IMG/VR virus record: IMGVR_UViG_3300037440_000532
Location: 1-49,151 of that record
Source: a virus
Lineage: Duplodnaviria > Caudoviricetes
Direction: 5' to 3' (one strand)
Length of the DNA stretch: 49,151 nt
The notes beneath the pieces were generated by a model, which saw only the letters and a list, made by a program, of their open reading frames with translations, had not been told where the DNA came from and ran no database searches. Every line of letters starts with the position of its first letter. Within the stretch, counting starts at the first letter, position 1. Of this stretch, positions 1 to 9,847 are shown piece after piece. Made by a program: the position numbers and the translations under genes.

Positions 1-127
1 TCCTGCCGGGATGAAAGTTCCGATGATTTCCTCGGACCTGGCGCAAGCGCTACCGGGAAGGCCGCTTGATCGGTGCACCATCAAAGCTCACATTGGGACA
101 GAAGAGTCTTTTTTCTGCCTCTCGACT
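1..127 (+). repeat. Exact copy of 49025-49151 (assembly circularisation overlap)
   Basis: Identical 127 bp at both ends. One ORF reads across the junction. Confidence 0.95.
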
Positions 128-292
128 TCCGATCTCGACAGCACGATACGAAACAAGGCCGCAGATGCTGGTGGGAATTGCATAATAGTTACCTCCTACA
201 TATACAGAGACTGCCAAATGGGGGCAAAGGCCGTGAGAGGAATAGCAATCTCTTGCGCGGAAGACGTGCTGAAGGCCGCGGCGCTGAAGTAA
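1..292 (+). CDS. 3' part of a lipoprotein gene starting at 48948 (spans the origin)
   Basis: In frame with ATG 48948 (MFKLVIISIAACLLLTAC). Contains RNKAADAGGN, which resembles DUF4156/RcsF-like small lipoproteins. Its stop overlaps the int start (TAATG). Confidence 0.75.
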   Translation, partial: PAGMKVPMISSDLAQALPGRPLDRCTIKAHIGTEESFFCLSTSDLDSTIRNKAADAGGNCIIVTSYIYRDCQMGAKAVRGIAISCAEDVLKAAALK

Positions 293-1500
293 TGCCGTCT
301 CTTCTCTGGCGCAAAGGCATTGCGCAGGTACAATACTATGTCCACGGCAAGGCGAAATTAAAAAGCCTCCGGACCAAGGACCGGGCGATAGCGAACAAGC
401 GATTCCGGGAGTTCTCGGCGCGGCACGAGCTGGACCTGATCGGGCTGTCTGTTGAGCAGCCGATACCTACCCTGCAATATCTGTTTGACGACTACCTGCT
501 GTTTGCCCAGACCCACCGCAAAGAACGCACGTATAAATCGGCAAAACAGCACGTCACTGACAAACTGGGGCCGTATTTCGGCTCGATGACGGCCACGGAG
601 CTGTCGCCTAAACACATAGAGGCGTTTGTATCGCAGCTGCTGACCTGGAAGCCTCTCCCCTACCATCCCCGAACCATTAATGCCCATTTAGAGACGCTGA
701 GGAAGATCCTGCGGCGGGCTGTTGAAAACAGAGATATCAGCGTCATGCCCTGCAAAATCGGCATGCTGAAAACTCCGAAGAGCCTGCCCCGCTACGCCTA
801 CCCCCAGGAGATAACGCAGTGGATGGAGCAACTGGACATCCCGCACCGGATCCGGGCGATCGTGTCGCTGATGACGGGGATCTCGGACCGGGACCTGGGG
901 TTTGTGGAAAAGCACGGGATCGACCTGCACAATCTCCTGCTTCGCTACAGGCGTCCGAAAACGACTACGGACATCGTGATCCCCGTCACGCCGGCGGCAG
1001 GCAAAATGCTGGAGGTACTGGCGCGGGAGGGCAGCGGTCCTATGTTGTTTTCGGCAAAGAGCGCGAAAAAGGCGTTCCGGCTGGCATCTGACCGGGTGGC
1101 GGCAAAGGGCGGCCGGAGGATCACCCCACACATGTTGCGGCATTCGTTTGGAACGTGGCTGGCGAGTCTTAGGGTGCCTGCTGTTTACATCCAGCAGATG
1201 ATGGGGCATGCGGACATCTCTACGACGATGCGCTACGTTAAGGCCATCCCTGAGCATCTGAGGGAGGCTGTGGAGCATCTGGGGCAGACGCTGGTGAACG
1301 TGGATACGCTCCTGACGCTGCCGGAGCCGGACTGGAAATATGCAGGGCAGGAGTGGTCGACGGAAATGAGGGAGGCGCAGAGGCAGAGGATGATGGGCAA
1401 TAAGCGGGGCCAGAAGCACGGCAGGCATGCCGGGAAACCGCGCAAGCGCAAGCAAAGCGCTATCAAACCTAAGAATGAGAATCCACAGGGTACTTCCTAA
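292..1500 (+). CDS. int: Phage tyrosine integrase
   Basis: Arm-binding-like N-terminus, HMLRHSF and MGHADISTTMRY motifs, adjacent to attP. The first catalytic Arg box is atypical (TGISDRDL). Confidence 0.9.
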   Translation: MPSLLWRKGIAQVQYYVHGKAKLKSLRTKDRAIANKRFREFSARHELDLIGLSVEQPIPTLQYLFDDYLLFAQTHRKERTYKSAKQHVTDKLGPYFGSMTATELSPKHIEAFVSQLLTWKPLPYHPRTINAHLETLRKILRRAVENRDISVMPCKIGMLKTPKSLPRYAYPQEITQWMEQLDIPHRIRAIVSLMTGISDRDLGFVEKHGIDLHNLLLRYRRPKTTTDIVIPVTPAAGKMLEVLAREGSGPMLFSAKSAKKAFRLASDRVAAKGGRRITPHMLRHSFGTWLASLRVPAVYIQQMMGHADISTTMRYVKAIPEHLREAVEHLGQTLVNVDTLLTLPEPDWKYAGQEWSTEMREAQRQRMMGNKRGQKHGRHAGKPRKRKQSAIKPKNENPQGTS

Positions 1501-1524
1501 GTATGCTGATTTACGGTGTTTATT

Positions 1525-1570
1525 TGGTGCCCCTGGGAAGATTCGAACTTCCGGCACGCGGTTTAGGAAA
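1525..1570 (-). other. attP: attP core: 3' half of tRNA-Arg(CCT)
   Basis: Minus strand reads TTTCCTAAACCGCGTGCCGGAAGTTCGAATCTTCCCAGGGGCACCA: anticodon loop TTCCTAA, T-arm GTTCGAAT and CCA end. The 5' half of the tRNA is absent. Confidence 0.88.
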
Positions 1571-1828
1571 TGCGGGTTCAGCTGGAAGTTGTTGAAATAT
1601 ATAGGGGCGTGGTGCTGGTATGGGGGCTATTTTGGTACTTTCGATCTATATGGCGCAGGTAAACCGCTGGTGATGAGACCCCCTGCCTACCGGGCGGTGC
1701 TGATGGCGTACTGCAGGGCTTTTTTGAAGTTTTCGGAAAATAAATATAAACCACAACGACTACCGTTTCGACTGTATATTTCTTTGGGCCTATGCTATGC
1801 TTCTACGAGTAAGCCAAAAGGAGAACCG

Positions 1829-2263
1829 ATGAAAAGAGCTCTGATTATTGCCGTGCTCATGATTGCTGGCTGCGGACAGGAGAAGCAGGACCATGGCTTG
1901 GTGTTGGTTTCGAGCGTTAATACCTCGGGCACGACACAGACATGGTCAGGCTATCCTCACGACGAGAACAAGCCTGCAGAGATACAGTTCGACATGGCTG
2001 CGGCCTTCGATGATATGATCGATTGCCTGGTGGATCTCGGGGTGACCATACCTGCCGGCGAACCGCATGTCGTCGTAGTCAAGGGTTGGTTCTATTGCGG
2101 GCCCGAATATACCGTCGGGTGCTATGAACCCGAGACAACGACGATATTCCTGGGTAACAACGGCTACCTTCAGGTCTTCGAGCACGAGGTCGTTCATTGG
2201 GCAACCGGCTTAATGACCGACGGCCACGACTCGATCTATTTTTCAACCTGCGGCGGGCTGTAG
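1829..2263 (+). CDS. Lipoprotein with HExxH zinc-metallopeptidase-like motif (moron)
   Basis: SD AAGGAG, lipobox MIAGC, FEHEVVHW. Opposite strand to the late genes. Confidence 0.75.
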   Translation: MKRALIIAVLMIAGCGQEKQDHGLVLVSSVNTSGTTQTWSGYPHDENKPAEIQFDMAAAFDDMIDCLVDLGVTIPAGEPHVVVVKGWFYCGPEYTVGCYEPETTTIFLGNNGYLQVFEHEVVHWATGLMTDGHDSIYFSTCGGL

Positions 2264-2284
2264 CTCCTCAGCGAGCACCCCCTG

Positions 2285-5200
2285 TTAGAATTTTTGCCAG
2301 TAAACGGTATGCGTGCTGGACCCATCCGTATTTGTCAAGTACATATTGGTCCCGTCGAAATACACCGTCCCAGCCACACCCACCCCTCCTGTATGCGCTA
2401 CGCCGCCGTAGTACAATACCAGAACAACAGCCGCGTTTGTTGCTGAAATGTTATACATGCCGGCCGCCGGGGTCCAGTTGGCGCCTGCGAGGATGTTCTG
2501 GGTGCCGGAGCTTGCAAAAGCCAACTTGGTACCCACCGCGCTCCATGTAGTGCCGGGCGAAGAGCTGCTCGTGTTTATGTAGAGTACCCCCGCGGCCGAT
2601 ACCCAAAGCGACCCACTAAACGCCGCATGAGTTGGCGCAGAAGCTGAGGCGGCGGGGATGATAATAAGGGGCGCTCCCCCCACGTATAAGCCATCATCTA
2701 TAGAGAACCTCCCCGCGTACATTTTCTGTCCAGCTGCTGCGGGATAACAACGGGAATCAATTCCAAAGCTAGGACTGGTTGTAGAAGTATCTGTCGGGAT
2801 AACCGACACTCCTATCCCGGAAACGGGGTCGGGGTCCAGCCCTCCAGCCGCAGACAGGTCTGGCTCCACGGATACGACCAATGCACTTTCTCCCCTGATC
2901 GCATCGGCCGAGCCCGTTATGTTCATCCTGAGCTTTGCGCCGTTGGCGTCACCGTCAAAAGAGGCCACCGGACCAGTGGCGTACCCCGCGTTATAGATGT
3001 CCATCCGGTTGTTTCTGGAGTCTATGATGATACTGGTATCTACCGGCAAGACCACGGCCCCGTTATTATGGGCCTTTACCCCGCTGCAACCCGTGAGTGT
3101 TGTGTCCGTCTTGCCCGTCCAAGAGAAAGCGTCCTTGTCATTCGTCGAATCCAGTATCCAGCCGGATCCACTTGCGGCAAAATCCGTGGTGTCTTTGACG
3201 TTGAGCGTGGTGTCGCTCAGGCTGGCGGCGCTGGTCAGATAGCTGCCCTTGGTCATGAAGGTGCCGGCCTGGATGTTGATGCCGCGTATGCTGCCTGCAG
3301 TGATCTTGTCGGCTGATAGGTCATCGACGTCCAGGTTCGTGATGCCGTAATAGATCGCGGCTACGTTGGCGGCCGTGGCCGTGCTGGCGTTTCCGAAAAG
3401 GTCGACAGTTTTAACCTCGAAATAAATGGCTGGGGTCTTGCCGGAGGCGGCTATCTCTGCTGCGGTCAGCATCCGGGCATAGGTATTGTCCTGGATCGGG
3501 ATCCAACTTCCCCAGGATCCTCCGGCGGTGACCTTGGTGCGGACCTGGTACTCTTTAAAGTCGCTTTCCTGGTTCTTGTCCCAGGTCATCTGCGCTCCCC
3601 GGGGAAGTGCCTGGATTACGCTGTTTGCCGGGTTTGCCGGCGCGGCCTGGGTGATGGCGAGTGTGGCCTGACTGGAGGCGCTGCCGTAGACGTTTTTCCT
3701 TTTAACCTTGATCGTGACCGCGCCGTTCGCGGCGACGACGAACGAATCAAGGCCGGCGGCGATCCCGTCGCCGTAGATGTACTCCCAGCGGTTCTCTTTG
3801 ACGGGGGTGAAGGTCTGGCGCAGTACCCCCCCGGTGAAGACATCGACGTCAAAGAAATTATAGGCAGGCTCGGAGCCGGTTGCGGGCGGGTCCCAGGTGA
3901 CGGCGAACTTGAGCCCATTCCACTCGGTGCCGCCGCCCTCGAGCACCAGGTTTGCCGGGGCGTCGATCGTGACCGCCGAGGCGGCTATCGTGAGAGAGTC
4001 GGTGGGGGCGGTGGCGTCGTCGGCAAAGAGGCCGCGCACGTTTACGGCAACGACCTTGACGGTGACTATGTCGCCTTTTCGGAACCCGCCCCGGGCGCCC
4101 TCTACCAGGAAGCCTTCTCCCAGGGAGAAGTCGTTGCCGTAGAGGCCGTACCCTCCGGCGTTGACCTTGACATAGACAGCGGCGTAGGAGAAGAAGATAT
4201 CGTCCGCGGGCTGGGTGTAGGTGACGGTGATGGTGGGCAGGTACGTGCCCTCCTGGCCGACGTGCCCGCCCTCTGCCAGGGTGAGCCCGGTGCAGTGGCC
4301 GGGCGCGGCGTAGGGGCTGGGCAGCGTGGTAACGAGGACCGTGCCGGGGTCAACGGTGTTCTCTTCGTAAAAAGAGGCATCGTAGACCTCACAAAGGTAA
4401 TCCACTTCTTCGTCCTGACTTTCGCTGGCCTCGATGATCCGGAACTCCTCGGCAACCCAGCCGGGGACGTCATGGGTGACCGTGGCGATATCGCCGATGG
4501 CCAGGGCCAGGCTGTCCATCTTGCCCCGGAACCGGCAGAAGACGTTGCCGAACACGAATTTCTTGCCGTAGTACTCCGCCAGACGGTAGGCCTGGTCGTA
4601 CGTGGGCACCCCCCTGCCGTCGATGGCCTTGTCGATGACGCGCTTCTTGTTCTCCTGGTCTTCCCAGTCGTTGTAAATGGCGGTCTTTTGCGGAAAGAGC
4701 TGCGGGCCCTGGAACAGAGGGTAGCCGCTGCGGTAAGCCCGGCTCCGGGCGGAGCAGCCGGTGAGCTCCGTTGCGGTCTTGCCGGTGTAGATGACGGCAT
4801 CGGCCCCGATGTAAACCGTGCCCGTGGCGGTGAGCGTGCCGCGCAAATCCGCATAGGGGATGACGGCGTCGGCCGCAGCAAGGTCGCCGTTTATGAGCGC
4901 GACGTTCTGTCTGATCTCCTGGTCGATGTAGGTGACGATGATGCGGTTGGGCCGCTCGTTGATCTCGGCCTCGAAGGGACCCTCGAAGGAGTCGGAGACG
5001 ATGCTGTCCATGTCAAAGGCCTTGGCAGCGGAGCCGGTGCCCTCGACGTTCACGGCCATGGTGCCCGCGGAGTAGGTGATGAAGCCCCGGCAGGCGGTCA
5101 GCATCCAGTCGAGAATTTTTGTTTCCTCGGTGCCTTCCGTCAGGGACAGGTTTAGCTTGTAGCCCAGCGCGTCGCAGAGGTCGGCAGCGGCCTTGCAGCG

Positions 5201-6862
5201 GGCGAAGTCGATCTGCGAGGAGGTCAGCTTCTGCAGGGTCCTGTTCATCACGAAATCGAGCAGGCACCAGACGGGGTTGTCCGACCAGGCGGCAGCGCCG
5301 TCCAAGGTGCCGTCGGAATTGTACTTCTGGACCTTTAACCCCTTGACCGTGAAGACCACCTTGTCGAAGCGGTTGTCGAGGGCCAGCATCTGGAGGGAAA
5401 GGACGGCCATATTATTGCCGCTGCTCTCCATGTCCTGGAGCGACCAGGAAAAAGGACCGAGCCCGTACAAAAGCGAGATGCTCGCGACCGCGGTCTTGGG
5501 GTAGTATTTCGTGTCTCCATGAAATGCGAAGGACTGCCCGGCAGCTCCCAGGTAGGGCGTATATCCCATATTGAAGCCCCAGGTCGTCGTATACTGGCTG
5601 ACGCCGTCCTTATAGGCCATGATGCCGTTGACCGTGAAATTCACTATGGAAGAGATCTCGCCTTCGCAGATGCCGTAGATGCGGTCGCCGTAGAACCCGG
5701 TTGCGACGCCTCCAAAAACAGGCGTGGAGACGATCTCCTCATCCAGCAGAGTGCCCGGTACGATCGCGGTGCCGTAGATGATGGGGATGGCTAGGCCCGT
5801 TGCGCTCACGTCCTCCTTCATCCTGACGACTCCGCCCCGCAGATAGACCTGATCGTCAAACCCGCCGAAGTTGGCCAGGTTTGAAAACCCCGAGCAGGTC
5901 CGCTTGGTTTTGTCGCACTCTATGACGTACTGGGTGGACGTGTCGCAGGCAGCGGCCAGCGCGCCGGCCCAGGTGATCTCTCCGGTGACGGTGTTATGCG
6001 CGGAAAGGTAGCGGACCGCGCCCTTGTTCGTCCCGGCCAATATCTTGACCATGCCGCCGACCATGGACGAGATGCCGGCCAGAGCGTTGTCGGTAAGCGA
6101 TAGCGTGGTGCCCGCGTCGGCGGTGCTCCGGACCTTGGAGGCGCTGTTGTAGGTGCAGTAGCCGGCGGAGCAGAAGTCCCAGTTGCATTTTTCGGTATAG
6201 ACGCGCCAGGGCGACTTAGACTGCGCCCGGTCGAACATGCTGACGATCCGGACGGAGAGGGCCTGCTCGGTGACCTTGGGCGTGTCCATGAACCCGGAGA
6301 ACTGGAGAATTTTATCGTCCGTTGCCGGGTCTCCGTCCACGGGATAGGCTCCATGGAGGATGGAGTTGTCTGCCGAGCCGTTCAGCCTAGCAGAGCAGCC
6401 GGTGAGGGCTACGCCGGTATTGCCGGTGAAGGTGAACTTCTCGCCATTGATGTAGGCGATGCCTGCTGACGGGAATGTGCCGGAAAGCCCGTCATAGGGG
6501 ATGGATCCGTCGGCCTTGAGCACCGCGGCGCTGGTGAGCGCGCCTGCCCGGGCGAGGAAGATCTTGAATACGTCGGCCCGGACCCCGGAGAAAGAGTCGG
6601 CGGCGTAGTAGGCGGACATTGCCAGATCGGTGTTGTCGATGGAAATGGTGCAGTTGTCGACCTTGTTGGCAAAGAAACTCTTGATGGGCGAATGCGAAAA
6701 CTGCCGGGCGTAGAAGACCTCTCCCTGGAAGGTGAGGTCGTCGTCGTTGTCGGTGAAGCGGAGCGTGCTGCCGGAGAGGTAGAGCACGCAGCAGGAGCGC
6801 GGCTCTGCGCCTTCTTCTTTGGCTATCTCGGTGGCGACGGGTGCGGAAAGGGAACGGGACAT
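2285..6862 (-). CDS. Tail tip / host-specificity protein (gpL-like hub fused to gpJ-like region)
   Basis: 1525 aa. N-terminal hub with a Cys cluster (CNWDFC...C...CDKTKRTC...NFGGF), then IPIIYG and WSDNPVWCLLDF gpJ-like motifs and FN3-like repeats. Confidence 0.88.
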   Translation of the reverse strand: MSRSLSAPVATEIAKEEGAEPRSCCVLYLSGSTLRFTDNDDDLTFQGEVFYARQFSHSPIKSFFANKVDNCTISIDNTDLAMSAYYAADSFSGVRADVFKIFLARAGALTSAAVLKADGSIPYDGLSGTFPSAGIAYINGEKFTFTGNTGVALTGCSARLNGSADNSILHGAYPVDGDPATDDKILQFSGFMDTPKVTEQALSVRIVSMFDRAQSKSPWRVYTEKCNWDFCSAGYCTYNSASKVRSTADAGTTLSLTDNALAGISSMVGGMVKILAGTNKGAVRYLSAHNTVTGEITWAGALAAACDTSTQYVIECDKTKRTCSGFSNLANFGGFDDQVYLRGGVVRMKEDVSATGLAIPIIYGTAIVPGTLLDEEIVSTPVFGGVATGFYGDRIYGICEGEISSIVNFTVNGIMAYKDGVSQYTTTWGFNMGYTPYLGAAGQSFAFHGDTKYYPKTAVASISLLYGLGPFSWSLQDMESSGNNMAVLSLQMLALDNRFDKVVFTVKGLKVQKYNSDGTLDGAAAWSDNPVWCLLDFVMNRTLQKLTSSQIDFARCKAAADLCDALGYKLNLSLTEGTEETKILDWMLTACRGFITYSAGTMAVNVEGTGSAAKAFDMDSIVSDSFEGPFEAEINERPNRIIVTYIDQEIRQNVALINGDLAAADAVIPYADLRGTLTATGTVYIGADAVIYTGKTATELTGCSARSRAYRSGYPLFQGPQLFPQKTAIYNDWEDQENKKRVIDKAIDGRGVPTYDQAYRLAEYYGKKFVFGNVFCRFRGKMDSLALAIGDIATVTHDVPGWVAEEFRIIEASESQDEEVDYLCEVYDASFYEENTVDPGTVLVTTLPSPYAAPGHCTGLTLAEGGHVGQEGTYLPTITVTYTQPADDIFFSYAAVYVKVNAGGYGLYGNDFSLGEGFLVEGARGGFRKGDIVTVKVVAVNVRGLFADDATAPTDSLTIAASAVTIDAPANLVLEGGGTEWNGLKFAVTWDPPATGSEPAYNFFDVDVFTGGVLRQTFTPVKENRWEYIYGDGIAAGLDSFVVAANGAVTIKVKRKNVYGSASSQATLAITQAAPANPANSVIQALPRGAQMTWDKNQESDFKEYQVRTKVTAGGSWGSWIPIQDNTYARMLTAAEIAASGKTPAIYFEVKTVDLFGNASTATAANVAAIYYGITNLDVDDLSADKITAGSIRGINIQAGTFMTKGSYLTSAASLSDTTLNVKDTTDFAASGSGWILDSTNDKDAFSWTGKTDTTLTGCSGVKAHNNGAVVLPVDTSIIIDSRNNRMDIYNAGYATGPVASFDGDANGAKLRMNITGSADAIRGESALVVSVEPDLSAAGGLDPDPVSGIGVSVIPTDTSTTSPSFGIDSRCYPAAAGQKMYAGRFSIDDGLYVGGAPLIIIPAASASAPTHAAFSGSLWVSAAGVLYINTSSSSPGTTWSAVGTKLAFASSGTQNILAGANWTPAAGMYNISATNAAVVLVLYYGGVAHTGGVGVAGTVYFDGTNMYLTNTDGSSTHTVYWQKF

Positions 6863-6874
6863 GAGGGCCTCGAA

Positions 6875-7216
6875 TTAGGTGGTTTTTACTCGGAAATTGA
6901 CCTGTGTGCTGTAGCGACCGAACCGGAAATAGCCCTGCCCCATCTCGTCATCGTCGAACCGGACGGTGTAGGTGACGCTGTCGATGGGGTTTAGCCAGGT
7001 GAACCACGTGGCCTTGCCTTTTTTAGCTATGAAGAAGGCGAACATGGCGTCTGCCTGGCTGGTGGTCAGCCGGTCGAACTTCAGGCTGAAGCCATAGATG
7101 CCGTTGGTTCGCTTCGAGCGCAGGGTCTCCTTGCCGGTCTCGCCCTCGCTTGTGCGGGTTACATATTTGACGGTGCGGTTCAGGACATAGTTGGGAACCC
7201 AGGTGAAGTCTGCCAT
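6875..7216 (-). CDS. Distal/minor tail protein (gpM/DUF2460-like)
   Basis: AFFIAKKGKATWFTWLNP...VRF motif, between tape measure and tail tip. Confidence 0.75.
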   Translation of the reverse strand: MADFTWVPNYVLNRTVKYVTRTSEGETGKETLRSKRTNGIYGFSLKFDRLTTSQADAMFAFFIAKKGKATWFTWLNPIDSVTYTVRFDDDEMGQGYFRFGRYSTQVNFRVKTT

Positions 7217-8724
7217 TATGCATACCCCTTTTCAGCGTGGTCGTTTGCCTTTTTGACGCTGCCTGCGTTCTCCATCATGACGCGCTCGACGTCCTTGCTG
7301 TCCATGGCATAGATGATGGTGGTATTGCCGCCCTGTCCGCTTTCCCCGGGCCGCCAGCCGGATCCGTAGGTGGACTGCTCGTAGTTGAAGTAGCGGTAGT
7401 TGTCCTGCTGCGGCATGCCGGTGGTGGGGTTTGCCGCGAAAGTACCGGTGGCCCCGCCGCCTCCGTCAAAGGTCTGGGAGCGGATCTTTGCGACCTGGGC
7501 CATGCCGAGGGCCACGATGCTGGCGGCAAGCACGCCGCCGTAGATGCCGCCCTGGGCCATGGCCTTGGTGGCGCCCTGATAGGTGTTGATGATGGCCTCG
7601 GCCGTTGCCGCGCTCTTCTGCAGAGTAAACCATTTGCGGGCGTTCTTGCCACCCTGGCTGGCCATGAGCTGGCCTATCTGAGAGACGTTTCCGGCGGTCT
7701 GCGAGGCCATGGCAAGCTTCTGGTCATTGGTCAGCTTGTCCTGCCTGCGTTCGTGCTCGGCGACCTTGCCGGTCCGCTCCATCTCGCGGAGGGCGAGGGT
7801 GTCGTAGTAGTCCTGCTCACTGGTGGCGCTGGCCATCTTGGCGGCGGTCGCCCAGTCGAAAGCCGCGAGCTCCTGCTGCCAGATCTCGTCCTTTGAAGCG
7901 CCGGTGGCGCGGTAGAGGTCCAGGAGCTGGGCCTGGTAGGCGGACTCGCGGGCGTATTCGTTGGTTACGGTGACGTCGCCGTTCTCTTTTTTCTTCGGGT
8001 TTGCGGCGTTTTCGCCCACGGTGCCCTTGTTGCCCGCGGTGAAGAGCGACTCCTGTGCCCGAAGTATCCGCAACTGGGCCACGGTCTCGTTGATGCTCAG
8101 CTTGAGGGTCTCGGCCTTGCGCGCTGCCGCCTCGGCTACGTTCTCCCCCTTTTTGGTGATGGCAAAGAAGGGGGTATTCTCCCCGCCTGCCACGTCCACC
8201 AGTTTGTTGTATTCCTCGGTAAGCTGCTTCACCTGCTCCACCAGCACCGGGATGCCCTGCTGCGCCCGGGCGCGGTTCAGGTCGAACTCTGCCTCAGCCA
8301 GCTGGCGCTTGGCCGCGGTCAGTTCTTTGGTCTGCCCCTGCTCCTTGAGCGCGGACTCTATCCAGGTGCCGGCCGCGGTCGCCGCCTTGATGGTTTCCTC
8401 CGCGGCTTTTTTCTGCGCGTCGCTGTAGCTTTTCCAGATAGCCACGCCGGCGGTCACGGCCAGGCCCAGCGCGCCGAAAGCCACGGCGCCCTTACCGAGC
8501 TTTGCGGCCATACTCTCGGTGACGTCCTCGAGCTTTCGGGCCATCTGCGCGGGCAAGCCCAGGGACCGGGCAAGGTCTCCGGCCTGCTCGCCCACGCCCC
8601 AGAGCGCCGCTTTTGCGCCGATGGAGGACTTCTCGATCGACTTGCCGACGTTGGCCATCTGGGAAATGATCTTGCTGTCGTCGATCTCGATCGGTATTTT
8701 GAGCGGGTCAAACTTTTCGGACAT
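7216..8724 (-). CDS. Tape measure protein (short, 502 aa)
   Basis: Ala-rich helical protein with C-terminal KSAATAEAIINTYQGATKAMAQ...AQVAKIRSQ motif, in the expected position. Confidence 0.85.
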   Translation of the reverse strand: MSEKFDPLKIPIEIDDSKIISQMANVGKSIEKSSIGAKAALWGVGEQAGDLARSLGLPAQMARKLEDVTESMAAKLGKGAVAFGALGLAVTAGVAIWKSYSDAQKKAAEETIKAATAAGTWIESALKEQGQTKELTAAKRQLAEAEFDLNRARAQQGIPVLVEQVKQLTEEYNKLVDVAGGENTPFFAITKKGENVAEAAARKAETLKLSINETVAQLRILRAQESLFTAGNKGTVGENAANPKKKENGDVTVTNEYARESAYQAQLLDLYRATGASKDEIWQQELAAFDWATAAKMASATSEQDYYDTLALREMERTGKVAEHERRQDKLTNDQKLAMASQTAGNVSQIGQLMASQGGKNARKWFTLQKSAATAEAIINTYQGATKAMAQGGIYGGVLAASIVALGMAQVAKIRSQTFDGGGGATGTFAANPTTGMPQQDNYRYFNYEQSTYGSGWRPGESGQGGNTTIIYAMDSKDVERVMMENAGSVKKANDHAEKGYA

Positions 8725-8735
8725 GGATGCCCTCT

Positions 8736-9446
8736 CTACCGCGCTGTGCGGATGGCGCCCGCCCAGGCCTTTGCAAGGTTGGGGGCGAAGTTATTTACCA
8801 CGTAGCTTCTGACCACATACTGGAAGTCCAGCCGATCGGCCTCGTACCGCGGCTTGCGATACGTAAAGAGCAGGACAGGGATGCTCGATTGCGGACCGGT
8901 GCGCTTAAAGACACCCACCAAGGGGATGCCGTAGAGCGTGCCCACCCCGCGCTTCGCCGCCTTACGGCTCATCTTGTTGTAGCCCAGGGCCTGGTCCGCG
9001 TGCATCTGGGCAATCAACTTTTTCATGTAGCTGCCGGAGATGTTGCCGGAGCGCTGTTCGAGCGGAGCGCCAGGGCCCGGGACCATCCACTGGCCCTGCC
9101 CCATCAGACCGGAGCGCCGAAACACGGACTCAGACGCCTTGACCACCCGGTCCGCCCCGGTGATGTGCGGCAGCAGCACCCTGCCCACGTCGAACCCCGA
9201 ACCCTCGCCGCGGACGATATGGACCGACCCGGAAAGCGTTGCCTTGGTGGAAGCGGACCACCGGACTCCCCGCTGGACCACCGGGACGGGGCGGTCGAAT
9301 ACGTCCTTGATCTCCTTGACCGCTGCCTGGTGGGCGCCCTTGAGCGTATCGTTTAAGGCCTTCGACAAAGCGAAGCGCAGCTGTTTGTTGGCCGCGTCGG
9401 AGAGCTGCGCCTGGAGTTTGTCTATGCCTTTGATGGATATCTGCAT
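8736..9446 (-). CDS. Neck/tail-completion protein (gpZ/HK97 gp10-like)
   Basis: MQISIKGIDKL...RFALSKALNDT, basic. Start refined to ATG 9446. Confidence 0.65.
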   Translation of the reverse strand: MQISIKGIDKLQAQLSDAANKQLRFALSKALNDTLKGAHQAAVKEIKDVFDRPVPVVQRGVRWSASTKATLSGSVHIVRGEGSGFDVGRVLLPHITGADRVVKASESVFRRSGLMGQGQWMVPGPGAPLEQRSGNISGSYMKKLIAQMHADQALGYNKMSRKAAKRGVGTLYGIPLVGVFKRTGPQSSIPVLLFTYRKPRYEADRLDFQYVVRSYVVNNFAPNLAKAWAGAIRTAR

Positions 9447-9490
9447 GAAATGCTCACTCTCCCACAGCACCCCTCCTGAGGGGGGTGCAT

Positions 9491-9847
9491 TTATTCCGGC
9501 GCGCCTGCCTTCTTCGGCACCTTCTGCCACCCGTAGTCCTCGGGCTTTGGAGCGTTCAGTCGTTCCCGCTCCGCCCGAAGCGCGCCGAGCGCGATCCAGT
9601 CGAAGTCTGTCAACTCGTGGCGGTCTATGGTGCAGAGGCCGTCCTGCATGGCGATGTAATGCTGCAGCCGTTCGAGCCGCTTCTGGTCCTTGAGTTTCCT
9701 GCCCCGGGGGCATTTGGGGCAGTCCTCGGAAAGAAGCAGCTTTGCCTCTTCCCGGGGGTTGCTGTCAAAGTACGTCTTCTTACAGGGGATGCAGTGCTGG
9801 ACTTTCGTCCGCTCATAAGCGGTCCGAAAGTCCTCTATCAGTTTTTT
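9491..9847 (-). CDS. -1 frameshift extension of the tail assembly chaperone (gpGT-like)
   Basis: Slippery A-AAA-AAC at 9847-9841. The -1 frame is open (LIEDFRTAYERTKVQHCIPC...DCPKC...) to TAA at 9491-9493. Confidence 0.8.
   Translation of the reverse strand, partial: KKLIEDFRTAYERTKVQHCIPCKKTYFDSNPREEAKLLLSEDCPKCPRGRKLKDQKRLERLQHYIAMQDGLCTIDRHELTDFDWIALGALRAERERLNAPKPEDYGWQKVPKKAGAPE

Noticed and set aside
73-291. N-terminal extension of the integrase (475-aa ORF)
   Set aside because: It overlaps the lipoprotein gene in another frame. ATG 292, coupled by TAATG, is the better start.
1525-1600. Intact tRNA-Arg gene
   Set aside because: The 5' acceptor strand, D-arm and 5' anticodon stem are missing. 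Only the attP core is present.
2285-3000. Diversity-generating retroelement or invertible tail-fibre system
   Set aside because: No reverse transcriptase, TR/VR pair, invertase or flanking inverted repeats seen.
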